Shown: positions 1 to 11,981 of the stretch, piece by piece
Position numbering within the stretch: position 1 is the first letter of the stretch
How the letters are laid out: each line of letters starts with the position of its first letter
NCBI GenBank assembly: GCA_951406725.2
Contig: OX597834.1
Coordinates: 15,004,001-15,068,000, forward strand
DNA length: 64,000 nt
Reading direction: 5' to 3'
Source: Octopus vulgaris
Taxonomy: Eukaryota
The notes under the pieces: model-generated
Seen by the model: the letters and a program-made list of their open reading frames with translations, nothing else
Told to the model about the DNA's origin: nothing
Databases searched by the model: none
Position numbers and translations under genes: made by a program

Positions 1-729
1 ACGGTAATAGACGCCGTTAGTTGAATTACAACAACAAAAACATTGTCACGGAAACTTTTCGCGGATGTAAGCGACAATAAACATTAATTTACAATATTTT
101 ACACTCGACTGTATGATTACTGATTATATAGGAAGAAATAAGCGTTTGAATTTTATGTTGACATGAGTAGAATATGTACTGAATACAAAGCTATTTAATA
201 GTACTTTATTGATGATATCAAGGAAATATTTCAGAAATAATGGTTGATTTGATGACAAACTTCTCGTTGGATTGTCACGGTAACGTAACTGTCTGCTTTG
301 TTTCCCAGCAGCAGATCATTTCCTGTCTAATAAATTGTATGAACGCCATTTTGAATTCGACTATTGAAATAGTTTATATTTTGCGTCGATGAATGTGATG
401 TAAAAGGAAATTATAATAGCATCCACTAGTCAAATATGTTGTTGGTAGGCGTAAAAGGTAACGTTTGTTCTTGATTTATAACATATTTCGCTGAATTAAA
501 ACAAAGAGCGTTTGGAACACCAAAAAAAAAAAAAAAACATATTTAGTACTGTTAACAAATAAAGTAAAGATAATTATATTGTGTTGTCGTTTAAAAAAAA
601 CATGGCAGAAACAAAAATAAAATGATATTTAGAATCAATTCTATTCAACATGTTTTTGTATGTTTGGACATCAATGAGCAGGGTGAACCGAGACACAATA
701 TAATCTTAGTTAGATTTTATAAATGTTAT

Positions 730-1192
730 CATGCACACACACACACAGAATGAAAAGGTGTGTGTGTGTACGTATACAAGTATGAAGTGACGGGTGTGTA
801 CGTGTGTGTGTGCGCCTGCACATGTGTGTGTATGTGTGTAAACAAACACACAACCGCACAGATATGTATATGCATATATACATATACAGTAATATATATA
901 TACACATATGCATACATATATGTATACATATATACACATATGTTTATATCTAAATATATATATATATGCATCTATGTATGTATGTGTATATATATATATG
1001 TGTGTGTATGTATGTATGTATGTATGTATATATATATATATATATACATATATATGTATGTATATATATGTACGTATATATATATATATATATATATATG
1101 TAAGTATGTATGTATGTACGTACGTATGTATGTATGAATGTATGTATGTATGTATGTATGTATGTATGTATGTATGTATGTATGTATGTATG
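730..1192. repeat. Compound (CA)n/(TG)n/(TA)n/(TATG)n microsatellite
   Basis: Direct reading; explains the IY/TH-rich ORFs here. Confidence 0.95.
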
Positions 1193-1780
1193 AATGATAA
1201 CAGAAAGAGATATAGAGAAAGAGAGAACGTTTTTCACAATAATTCTTTTCTGATAAAGAGGAAAGAGAAAATGTTTTTGCTTTTGGAAGCCAAAAACTAC
1301 GCGAGATGTAAGTAAAAAGTAACAAAATTACTGAGACAAGTTATTGGTATAAAATTTTGTCATTTATTTCGATATTTCTGGTCTACCACATCCTCCACAG
1401 TTAAAAGGAATCGTAGATTTGTTGATATGTGCTAGATTTTTTTCCCTCTGTATTGTATGGATGTGTGAAAACGTAATCTTTCTAGATAATGCTTCATTCT
1501 GTGTTCAGTTCCGTTGTCCAATTCAGGGAATTATTTTCTGCGTTACACGGGTTTCTAGCAAACATTCGACCGAGGCTAACCTACGGTTCGATATGTTGAA
1601 ACGGACTTTCGTGAGTTGGCTGGAGCAACCTTAAGTATCCTTCCATACACCCAAGAGTACATTCAAACACATACACTCACAAGCACACAAAGACACACAC
1701 AAACACACACACATACATACACACACACATACATACACACACACACACAAATATATTCTGTTATTTTTTTATTCCTTCAA

Positions 1781-2120
1781 CTGTTTCAGTCATGTGACTG
1801 CGGCCATGCCCGCCCAAGTCCTTTAGTCGAACAAATCAACGCCAGGTATCATTCTTTGTAAGCCTTATTCTATTGGACCCTTTTGCCCAACCGCTAAGTT
1901 ATGGGGATGTAGACACACCAACATCGGTTGTCAAGCAATAGTGAAGAGACAAACACAAACACACACACATGCACACATAACCTCACACACCCTCACACAC
2001 CCACACACATAAATATATATATTATACACGACGGGCTTCTTACAGTTTACATCTACTGAAGCCACCCATAAAGTTTTAGTCGGCCCAAGGTGCCATGCAT
2101 TGTGACTGAACCTGAACCAC
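1781..2120 (-). mobile_element. tRNA-headed SINE family B with internal (CA/TA)n tract, decayed
   Basis: Tail GACTGCGGCCATG...TTTAGTCGAACAAAT recurs at 18345; head segment ACGACGGGCTTCTT...GGTCGGCCC recurs at 4545 and, inverted, at 3911-4078. Confidence 0.8.
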
Positions 2121-2478
2121 ACCTGCACACATTGCATTATCTTCTTTATCTATCCCTTCGCCTTTGCCTGTACGCCCCTCACTCTTCCTCTCTCTCTCTC
2201 TCTCTCTCTCGATATTCGCCGTACTCTGTCCCTCTCTTCCTCACTCACTCTTCCTCCTTTGTTATCTCATTGCTGCCACGTGATCAGCGGCCATCTTTCT
2301 TTTCTTAACTTGAAATTCTTTCGTTCCTTCCGATCAGCCGCATTCTAGTCTGTCTCCTGTCAAAGCGTGCTCCTCCAGCGTTCGCCACTTCACCTCTTTC
2401 AGGTTTAGCAGCCCTTCCTGATTCTGTGACGTCCTGTGCCCTGATTCTGTGACGTCCGGTGCCCCTTGATGGAGGTCT

Positions 2479-3153
2479 GCTAGGATGAAATAGTAAGCAA
2501 AGGATCAAAAGTAATTCAGAACTCCTGGTTTAAAGTCTTAACTTTACATTTGGTTTGTAACTTAACACTACTTGACGTATTGTTATTGTTTTACAAACCT
2601 GGACTTTAAACTAAATTTATTTACAGAACGCTCATTTCGGCTGCTTCTATTTATAATCACATTCTTTCTTCTAAACGAAATACACTATCCACAGATATCA
2701 AGATCTTAGGATACCCTGCAGTAGCATGCAACGAACGATACACAAAAGACTTGCTTTTCCAGACATCGTTCAACCTACACAAGTTAATGCGTGAAAAACT
2801 AAATCGGAATTTTGGATGCAGCTTCTATAAAACCATTTTCTAAACATCAAATGGCGATGGGGTCCGCTAGGATGAAATAGTAAGCAAAGGATCAAAAATA
2901 ATTCAGAACTCCTGGTTTAAAGTCTTAACTTTACATTTGGTTTGTAACTTAACACACCTTGGAGTATTGTTAATGTTTTACAAACCTGGACTTTACACTA
3001 AATTTCTTTACTGAACGCTCATTTCGCTTGCTTGTATTTATAATCACATTCTTTCTTCTGAACGAAATACACTCGGCCACAGATATCAAGACCTGAGGAT
3101 AACCTGCAGTAGCACGCAACGAACGATACACAAAAGACTTGTTTCTCCAGACA
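2479..3153. repeat. Direct duplication of about 287 bp (2479-2765 and 2866-3153)
   Basis: Both copies start GCTAGGATGAAATAGTAAGCAAAGGATCAAAA and align to ...CAAAAGACTTG...CCAGACA. Confidence 0.9.
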
Positions 3154-3390
3154 ACTTTTCTTCTGTCTATCTTTTACCTTTTCTCACTCCAAGTACACTC
3201 GTACGACCTTCTGCATTGTAATGATTTCTTCATATTTTTGACTTTGGTTGATGCGTTTGGTAAGATTTCACTTGTTCCTTGGGGAAATTCTTGCGCCAAA
3301 TTTTATTTCATGTCTAGCTATAAAGGTAATTAGCTGTCGTAATAAAGTTATCTCTGGCATTTTTTTGCAAATTTTACGAAATTATTGATT

Positions 3391-3457
<67 letters not shown>

Positions 3458-3910
3458 TTTTTTTTCTTTACTGCACAGTTTGTTTCAGAGTTATAATAGA
3501 GACGAAGTAAAACTAAAACTTCTTTTCCTATAGTGCCAATTATAGAATGTCTATATCCCCATTAATGTCGAGAATTCCGGTTACACTGAAATGCTTGTAA
3601 GTTCTTGTGTCTTTATCGTTTGCTTTTTATAATAAACACCACAGCAGGAGAAAGTACGGTAAGAGCTTACGAAATAGAAAAAAATAAGTACGTAGATAGA
3701 TATGATTACATCACTTGATAGCAAGTATAGACAACTAAAAATACACACATCTATACAAATAAAAAGTTACTCATACATACAACACACACACACTCACGTG
3801 CATATATGACTGTGAATGCATATATGTTTATGTATACATATATAAGAACACACGAATCCCTATATATATATGTATATATAGAGATAGATAGATAGATAGA
3901 TAGATAGATA

Positions 3911-4077
3911 GGCCTAGGATGGGCTCTGTGGTAAGTAGCTTGCTTACGAACTACATGGTTTCGGGTTCAGTACCACTGCGTGGCATCTTGGGCAAGTCTT
4001 TTCTACTATAGCCTCGGGCCGACCAAACCCTTGTGAGTGGATTTAGTAGACGGAAACTGAAAGAAGCCTGTCGTATA

Positions 4078-4078
<1 letters not shown>
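3911..4078 (+). mobile_element. SINE family B head (tRNA-like A/B boxes)
   Basis: CTGTGGTAAGTAGCTTGCTTAC...GGGTTCAGTACCACTGCGTGGCATCTTGGGCAAG; ends in (TA)n. Confidence 0.85.
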
Positions 4079-4121
<43 letters not shown>

Positions 4122-4154
4122 TGAGAAAGTTGGTTTGTGAAAACACGTGGTTGA

Positions 4155-4472
4155 ATATATAGAAAATAATAAAAGGTGAAAAAACTACAGAAGGCTTGTT
4201 TTAAAAGGTTAAAAAATATATATTTGAGTCAATATGTCTGAAGAATATTACGAATTTTTTTCTTACGATGACATAGAACTCTTCTCAACATAAACATAAC
4301 GATGTTAGAAATTTGAAAAGCTGAACGCGAAACCGGTCATTTCTTCTAAACTATGTCATTGTAAGAAAAAAATTCAGAATATTCTTCAGACATATTGACT
4401 CAAATATATATTTTTTAACCTTTTAAAACAAGCCTTCTGTAGTTTTTTCACTTTTTACTATTTTCTATATAT
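4155..4472. mobile_element. Fold-back element, about 120-bp inverted arms (4155-4276 / 4351-4472), with a GAAACCGGTC hammerhead half-site in the spacer
   Basis: Arms are near-perfect reverse complements; GAAACCGGTC at 4329-4338; related sequence at 22740-22830 and 59340-59560. Confidence 0.85.
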
Positions 4473-4544
4473 ATATATATATATATATATGTATACACAT
4501 ATGTGAGTGTGTGTGTATATATACATAAATACATATATACGTAT

Positions 4545-4689
4545 ATACGACGGGCTTCTTTCAGTTTATTCTACGAAATCCACTCACAAGGTTTTGGTCG
4601 GCCCGAGGCTATAGTGGAAGACACTTTCCCAAGATTCCACACATGTGGTTGGTAAGTAAGCTATTTACGACACAGTCACTCCTGCGCAT
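4545..4689 (-). mobile_element. SINE family B head, inverted relative to 3911-4078
   Basis: Reverse complement of the 3911 copy with a small internal deletion. Confidence 0.85.
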
Positions 4690-4844
4690 GTGTGTGTGTG
4701 TGTGTGTATATATGCATTATGTTTATATGTATGCACTAAGTACATGTGTAGGTATGAAACTATGCATTTTTTCATACATGCATATGTTGACGTATGCAGG
4801 TATGTATATATTTACGTAGGCGTATTCACGTGGAAATAAAGAAA

Positions 4845-4855
4845 GAGAGAGAGAG

Positions 4856-4889
<34 letters not shown>

Positions 4890-4955
4890 GAAGAGAGAGA
4901 GAGAGAAAGAAAGAATGAAAGAAAGAATGAAAGAGAGAAAAGAAAGAAAGATTGA

Positions 4956-5007
<52 letters not shown>

Positions 5008-5065
5008 ATGAAAGAAAGAAAGAAAGAAAGAGAGAAAGAAAGAAAGAATGAAAGAGAGAAAAAAA

Positions 5066-5097
<32 letters not shown>

Positions 5098-5177
5098 ATG
5101 AAAGAAAGAAAGAAAGAAAGAAAGGAAGAAAAGAAGAAAGAGGGAAAGAAAGAAAGAAAGAAAGAAAGAAAGAAGGA
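4845..5177. repeat. (AAAG)n / (AG)n microsatellite
   Basis: Direct reading. Confidence 0.95.
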
Positions 5178-5902
5178 AGACCACTGCCGATTTTTTTCCT
5201 TCGCAGTCGTTCAAACTACCTCATACAATTCACCCCTTTTCTTACGCAGCGCACCCTCGTCGTCGTCGTCATCGTCATAATCGTCATCATCATCATCATC
5301 ATCATCATCGTCATCACCTTGTCGTCGTCTTCGCCGTCGTTGCCGGCTCATCATTATCATAACTGCATTGATTCTACCGTTATCTTCGAATCTCATTAGA
5401 AATTAACGCCGTTAGATCTTCAGAGAACTTTTTTTTGCAAGCTTTGGGATATTCTTTTGCTGAGTCGCAAAGTTATTGCTTTTAGATTATAACAGGCATC
5501 CATATTAATTAGAGATTCTATGACACAGGCCGTAATATTGAATAAAATATCTTGTGCAAAATTATTATTTTAAAGCCACAATATTCATTTTTTTTTTTCA
5601 CGAAATGGCATCGTGTGATGAAGAAGAGATCATACCGGGGTGAACGCGAACTGAAATACGTGTAAAGAATGGAAGAGATTGTTTCCTTCATGTTGATTGA
5701 AGAGTGCTTCCACCTTTAGTTCAATGTTCTAAATAGAATTTCGTAGCAAGTAACAGCAAAGCTGCAATCATCGCCGTCTCCATTACACCGAACAGGAGAG
5801 CAACGCTAATAACAATGGAATACAATAACAACGTTGATACCTTCTCAACCATCGACACCAGGTACGCATGTTATAGAAAATATAATACATGTTATTTTTT
5901 TT

Positions 5903-6503
5903 ATTTCTTTATTGCCCTACGAGGGGTCACACATAGAGGGGACAAACAAGGACAGACAAAGGGATTAAGACGATTACATCGACCCCAGTGCGTAACTGCT
6001 GCTTAATTTATCGACTCCGAAAGGATGAAAGGCAAAGTCGATCTCGGCGGAATTTGAACTCAGAACGTAACGGCAGACGAAATACCTATTTCTTTACTAA
6101 CCACAAGGGGCTAAACACAGAGGGGACAAACAAGGACAGACAAAGGGATTAAGACGATTACATCGACCCCAGTGCGTAACTGCTGCTTAATTTATCGTCT
6201 CCGAAAGGATGAAAGGCAAAATCGACCTCGGCGGAATTTGACCTCAGAACGTAACGGCAGGTGAAATACCCATTTCTTTACTACCCACAGGGGGATAAAC
6301 ACAGAGGGGACAAACAAGGACAGACAAACGGATTAAGTCGATTACATCGAACCCAGTGCGCAACTGCTGCTTAATTTATCGACCCCGAAAAGATGTAAGG
6401 GAAAGTCGATCTCGGCGGAATTTGAACCCAGAACCTAACAGCAGACGAAATACAGCTACGCATTTCGCCCGGCGTGCTAACGCTTCTGCCAGCTCGCCGC
6501 CTT
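5903..6503 (-). mobile_element. SINE family A, tandem trimer (about 183-bp units plus one tRNA-like head)
   Basis: Three repeats of ATTTCTTT...GGGGACAAACAAGGACAGAC...CGAAA(G/A)GATG(A/T)AAGG...GGAATTTGA; B-box GAGTTCAAATTCC on the minus strand; head ends CTGCCAGCTCGCCGCC. Confidence 0.9.
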
Positions 6504-6505
6504 CA

Positions 6506-6860
6506 ATACATGGTTATTTCTGCCTTGGATAGTCAGATATAACTGGCGCTCCATCGTTTACGGTGGCGAGGTTTCAAGTGGACCCGCTCAACAAAACAGT
6601 CTGTTCATGAAATTAGCGTGCAAATGGCTGAGCAGTCCACGGAGACGCGTACCTTAATGTAGTTCTGAGGGTGATTCAACCTGACACAGAATGGGACAAG
6701 GCTGGCACCTTGGAATACAGGCACTACTAATTTTTGCCAGCTGAGTGGACTGGAGCAATGTGAAAATAAAGTGTCTTGCTCAAGGACACAACACGCCGCT
6801 GCGAATCGAACTTGCCACCTCACGATCGTGAGCTGTATACCCTAACCACTGCTCCACGCG
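6506..6860 (-). mobile_element. tRNA-derived SINE family C
   Basis: Minus-strand tRNA-like head (GTGGTTAGGG...GGCAAGTTCGATTCGC) followed by GTGTTGTGTCCTTGAGCAAGACACTTT; this central domain is shared with 49726-50038. Confidence 0.8.
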
Positions 6861-7060
6861 TCTTCGTCTTAAGTTAGATTTCAGAGTATAAAGACAACTG
6901 CATGAAGTTCTTTGTAGACGATTCCAAATTTCAAATGAAGCAAGAATTTAGTTCTATATTTAAGAGATGAGGAATTATTTACATTATTTATATTATTTAC
7001 ATTATGTACATTCTTTACATTATTTACATTTGACAGATATTTGTCCTCGTCTTGTTTCTT

Positions 7061-7106
7061 AACACAACGTTTCGGCTGATATACCCTCCAACCTTCAACA
7101 GGTGTC
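7061..7106 (-). ncRNA. Minimal type I hammerhead-like motif (CUGUUGA core, loopless ACGU stem III)
   Basis: Minus strand reads GACAC-CTGTTGA-A-GGTTG-(10 nt)-CAGCC-GAAAC-GT-T-GTGTT; stems I and II pair. Position 6 is U rather than A. Confidence 0.6.
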
Positions 7107-7259
7107 CTGGGGTAATTTCGAACTTGGTTCTCATTCCTAAGGTGTTTTCGATGTCGTCATCATCATCATCATCATCATCTTCTTCATCATCATCATCATC
7201 ATCACCATCACCATCACCATCACTACCATCATCACCACCATTATTTCCTTCACCATCAC

Positions 7260-7304
<45 letters not shown>

Positions 7305-7494
7305 TATTATTATTATTTTCCTTCTTTCTTCAGATTTTCTTTCGTTTCTCGCTGAGAGTTTTCCGTACACCTTTAATGGTCATTCCTCTAAATTTTGTAA
7401 GTAAAAAAAGTTTTAATCTTTGGATTTTCTTAAATATGCTAGGCCATTGGTTTTAATTGATTAATATCAATTTCTACCCTTATTTAATTATATA

Positions 7495-7550
<56 letters not shown>

Positions 7551-7629
7551 AATTGAGATAGGGGTTGTGATATGCATTCCCAAATTACACACGCGAATTC
7601 ACAGGTATTATTATCATTATTATTCAGGT

Positions 7630-7699
7630 CACTGCCTGCAATCGAACTCGGAATCTTGGAGTTAGTAGCCCGTGCTCTTAACCACTGCGACATATGCCC
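7630..7699 (-). mobile_element. tRNA-derived SINE head (not a functional tRNA)
   Basis: GGGCATATGTCGCAGTGGTTAAGAGCACGGGCTACTAACTCCAAGATTCCGAGTTCGATTGCAGGCAGTGACC: A-box and B-box present, acceptor stem does not close. Confidence 0.75.
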
Positions 7700-7783
7700 G
7701 CGGGCATATGGCGCAGTGTTTAAGATGAGGACAAATATCCGTCAAATGTAAATAATGTGAAGCAAGGTTTGTTCACTTCTATT

Positions 7784-8280
7784 GAAGATACCCTGGACGA
7801 GAAATATACAAATCTAACAACGATGAAACTCAGAGATGAAAGGAGGGATGAACAAAAAGATGTGCCCCACGAGATCTTTGATGGAAAAGGTAGCAGAGCA
7901 ATGATTTATTTGTATTTATCGGCCAAGTGTCGATAAGAATAATCGGTCACAGATAGTCAGATACAGATTTGTCTTGCAAGAATTTGTAGCAAGGCAACTG
8001 CAGAAAGCTCTCTGCAAAGGATGTCTAATTTCCGAAAGAAGCAAGCATTGTCCCCTTCTATTGTAGATGCCCTGGACACGAAATATACGCATGTAACAAT
8101 GGCGAAATATTTCAAACTCAGAGATGAAAGGAAGAATGAACAAAGGATGTGTCCCACGAGGACAATGATGGATATGTCAGCAAGACAATGCCGCATTTGC
8201 GTTTATCGGTGAAGTATCGATAAGGATAATCTGTCACAGATAGCCAGATACAGATCTCTCTTGCAAGAATTTGTAGCGAT
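7784..8280. repeat. Diverged tandem duplication, period about 285 bp
   Basis: AAACTCAGAGATGAAAGGA and CACAGATAG.CAGATACAGAT...CTTGCAAGAATTTGTAGC each occur twice. Confidence 0.75.
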
Positions 8281-8577
8281 GCATATACTGTTACACGGCT
8301 GTACGATAGGGTAGGGCTGAAATGTGGTCGCCCTACGTGTCAGGTAAAGAGGAAATCTACAGTATGGTCTGCAAACAAGATACCTTAATTACAGTGATGC
8401 AAGTATGGAATGCCGTGTTGAGAAGATGACCACTGGTCTTCGGTATTAAACATCTAATTTGGTGGAAGAGCAAATTGCCAGAGGGCGGAGAGGCGATCAG
8501 GAATGAGAGTTATTAAAAAGAAAATTCACCAGAAATCGTCGCAGAAATCTTGATCCGAATACACCCGTACACACACG

Positions 8578-8609
<32 letters not shown>

Positions 8610-8676
8610 TTCACACAAACACACACACACACACACACACACACATCTATATATATATATCTAACTATCTATGTAT

Positions 8677-8890
8677 CTAACGGGAAAGTTTACGAAAATA
8701 AACAAAAGACGAAGGCAGGTAGAGTACAAACAAACAAATGTATTAGTATGGCGCTCAGGAATAGAAATGGAAAAAGTCTTTTACATTTCGAGCCTACGCT
8801 CTTCGACAGAAAGATACACAGAAAAAAACAAGGAGTGAAACAAGGAGAGAAAAAAATTGCGTGTAGGAGCTAACGATCTATCATGGCGTT
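8677..8890 (-). mobile_element. Family D short element with a CUGUNGA hammerhead-like motif at 8777-8814
   Basis: TCTTT-CTGTCGA-A-GAGC-GTAG-GCTC-GAAAT-GT-A-AAAGA; further copies at 15017, 43905 and 60466. Confidence 0.75.
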
Positions 8891-8937
8891 CTGACTTCGG
8901 ACATCTATTTAATTATCAATGTATGTATGTATGTATA

Positions 8938-8989
<52 letters not shown>

Positions 8990-8990
<1 letters not shown>

Positions 8991-9350
8991 AAAATTGAAT
9001 AAGGGTAGAAATTGATTTTAATCAATTAAAACCAGTGGCCTAGCATATTTTAAAAAATCCGAAGATTAAAACTTTTTTACATACAAAATTTAGAGGAATG
9101 ATCATTAAAGGTGGACAGCCAATACGCTAGATACAGACGTTAAAATTGCCATTCTCCAAGAAGAATGTGTTCTCAAGAAAAAAAACTCATCAAAAACCAA
9201 AGTGTGAAAATAAGCATTTGTATTCCTTTATTCATATCTTGCTTAATTTTACACTTTGGTTTTTTGCTGAGTTTTTTTTTCTTGGGAACACATTCTTCGT
9301 GGAAAATGGTGATTTTGACGTCTATATCTAGCCTATAGGCTATCCACTTT
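8990..9350. mobile_element. Element end with CCAGTGGCCTAGCA motif plus a fold-back (arms about 9103-9210 / 9240-9350)
   Basis: 8990-9118 is the reverse complement of 7365-7490; internal inverted arms visible. Confidence 0.7.
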
Positions 9351-9435
9351 TAGTGGCCAGTCCTTGTATCTGCGCGTTTATGTATATATTTAAACTAGTA
9401 AATATATATATATATATAGAGAGAGAGAGATACAT

Positions 9436-9476
<41 letters not shown>

Positions 9477-9502
9477 CTTATATACATACATGTATACATG
9501 TA

Positions 9503-9887
9503 CTAGCAGTATCGCCCGGCGTTGCTCAGGTTTGTAAGGGAAATAACTATAAAGCATTTTTAGAGAGTTATAGCCAAAAAATAGCAAAAAAATGGAAAAA
9601 AAATTATGGTAAATTTTTTTTAAGAGTTAAAAAAGGTCGAGTTGCGTCCCCTAGACAGTCTGTGGTTTGTGTTTCGGATTCTCGACCCCATGTCGAATTT
9701 ATCGATTTTTTTCAGAACTGGGGGAACTTTTCAAAATTTTCGCTGCGTTAGTTTTGAATTATGACATTGGTCTATGTGTGTGTCAAGTTTCATCAGAATC
9801 GGTTGAAAGCCGTGGTCAGGGTGAGGGTACAACCAAACAGACACACAGAAACACACACAGACAAACTGCCGTTTATATATAGAGAGA
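9503..9887 (-). mobile_element. Non-autonomous Helitron
   Basis: Minus strand A|TC...hairpin...CTAG|T; 3' part shared with 39671-40068. Confidence 0.8.
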
Positions 9888-9965
9888 TATATTGTTTGTA
9901 TATGCATGTACATTTATCTATATATCTATCTATATGTATATATATAAATATATATATAAATATAA

Positions 9966-10036
<71 letters not shown>

Positions 10037-10897
10037 AATTTATGCGTGTGTATGCATGCCCACATGCATATTGATAACATCCGTGATTTGGTATTTATTT
10101 AAGCAGAACTATATAATTCAATATACAGTCCAACGATTTATCATCGTCATCGCCATGATCCACCGTTCCCCCCTTCGTTCTCCTTCTCCTTCTCCCCCTT
10201 CCTTTCCTCCTCCTACACTTACTCCCATACTCAACAGCAACAACAACAACAACAACAACAACGCCAACGGCATCATCGTTGCTAATATGTGAACCACTTC
10301 TCCCTATAAGAAACACGTACATTTGGCAGGAACATCTGTGTCCGATAGCTAATGCTGATATACACATAACGAATTAGTCAACGAATTAAGGCAAACACAT
10401 GAGAAATACAGCGGTCAGCTAATACTCAACGTTCACGTGTAAGCTATGACGTAAGAGCAACGAAAATTGGCAAATTTGCTATTGCGTAACGAGAGGATAT
10501 TGTTTAGAATCTTCGCTAATCACTTATCTTAAGCAAAGCCAAAGAGCGCTGTCCACACTAACATGGTTTACTAGATTCCCTCGATTTCACTTGAATAGAT
10601 TTAAACTATTGGCAACCAATAAGTTTTGTTTGGCGAAGCGATCGTAAAATGATTACAGATGGAAAAGGGAGTGAAATAGGACGTCTGGTGTTGTTTTAGA
10701 TAGATATAGATACGGATGTGTGGAGCGGAGGATTTGGTTCGTGTGTGAGAGAAATGATTGGAAAGGCAGATGTAGAAGGAGAATATTTCATGTGTGTACT
10801 TCTTCTTTCACCAATATCCATATTTCGGCAGCTTTTCCCTGGGCTGGTCCTCTAATATTTGTGCTACGTAATAATGATGATAATAATAATAATAATG

Positions 10898-10979
<82 letters not shown>

Positions 10980-10992
10980 TAATAATAATATT

Positions 10993-11577
10993 ATACAGAG
11001 TTGGAACCTACATACATTGGAAGCTATGCCAACATTATGGAATAACAACAGAAAAAAGATGGTATAGGCACACACCAGAAAAGGTCACAGAAAACGAGAA
11101 AGCAACCATACTCTGGGATATGCCGATACACACAGATAGAGAAATTAAGGCCAACAGACCAGATATAGTTGTCAGAGATCATGAAGAAAAAAAAATGCTT
11201 TTTAATTGATGTATCAATACCGGCAGATGACAACGTGTCTCTAAAAGAAATGGAGAAACTCTCAAAATACAAAGACCTGGAAATAGAGGTAACTAGAATG
11301 TGGAATCTGAAAACAGAAACAATTCCTATCATAGTAGGTGCATTAGGCATGATAAAAAAATATTCAGACAAATACATAACAAAAACACCAGGACTTACAA
11401 ACACATATAACATACAGAAAATTGCACTACTAGGCACTGCCCACATCCTACGCAGAACACTTTCCATACAATAACCATCAGAGCATCAGAACAAATCACA
11501 GCACATACCCAAGGCACACAGAGCTGCGCTCGGTAGTAAAGTGAAAGCACACTATAAAAATAAAAATAAAACTACTG
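10993..11577 (+). mobile_element. 5'-truncated R4/Dong-like LINE: restriction-like endonuclease domain plus 3' UTR, one frameshift in a poly-A run (11187-11195)
   Basis: Joined translation RVGTYIHWKLCQHY...LWD...RPDIVV...LIDVSIP.D...KEMEKLSKYKDL...PIIVGALG (PD-(D/E)XK type); stop at 11474; (AAT)n on both sides. Confidence 0.85.
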
Positions 11578-11625
11578 AATAATAATAATAACAATAATAA
11601 TAATAATAACAATAATAACAATGAC

Positions 11626-11672
<47 letters not shown>

Positions 11673-11744
11673 TAATAATAATAATAATAATAATTATAAC
11701 CTACGCAAAATACTTTCTATGTAATCTCAAGGTTTAAAACAAAT

Positions 11745-11904
11745 CTTTTTTTTTAAACATTCACTAGTACAACACCAAACAAATCCCCAAATATATGGTA
11801 CTCAAGGCATAACAACAACGTGAACTTCCAACCTGTTGTCTCTTGAGGTCTCTGGGTGAGACTTGGAGCCAACTTGTACAAATATAAAGCAAAAGTCAAA
11901 CATA

Positions 11905-11905
<1 letters not shown>
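11745..11905 (+). mobile_element. Probable 3' UTR fragment of another (AAT)n-targeting LINE family
   Basis: Non-repetitive island ending directly in (AAT)n between two R4-like fragments; family assignment is inference. Confidence 0.4.

Positions 11906-11978
<73 letters not shown>

Positions 11979-11981
<3 letters not shown>

Noticed and set aside
5750-5862. Possible exon (TTTCGTAG...CACCAG|GTACGC) with one open frame
   Set aside because: The peptide is unrecognisable, there are no partner exons, and such sites arise by chance.
5903-6503. Regularly spaced repeats resembling a CRISPR array
   Set aside because: The whole 183-bp unit repeats with no unique spacers; it is a SINE multimer in eukaryote-like DNA with no cas genes.
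7630-7699. Functional tRNA gene (also 3911, 16301, 49960-50038)
   Set aside because: The acceptor and anticodon stems do not pair properly, and each continues into a SINE body.
10859-11474. ORFs 10859-11209 and 11169-11474 as a host nuclease gene
   Set aside because: They are a frameshifted, 5'-truncated LINE fragment whose apparent N-terminus is (AAT)n.
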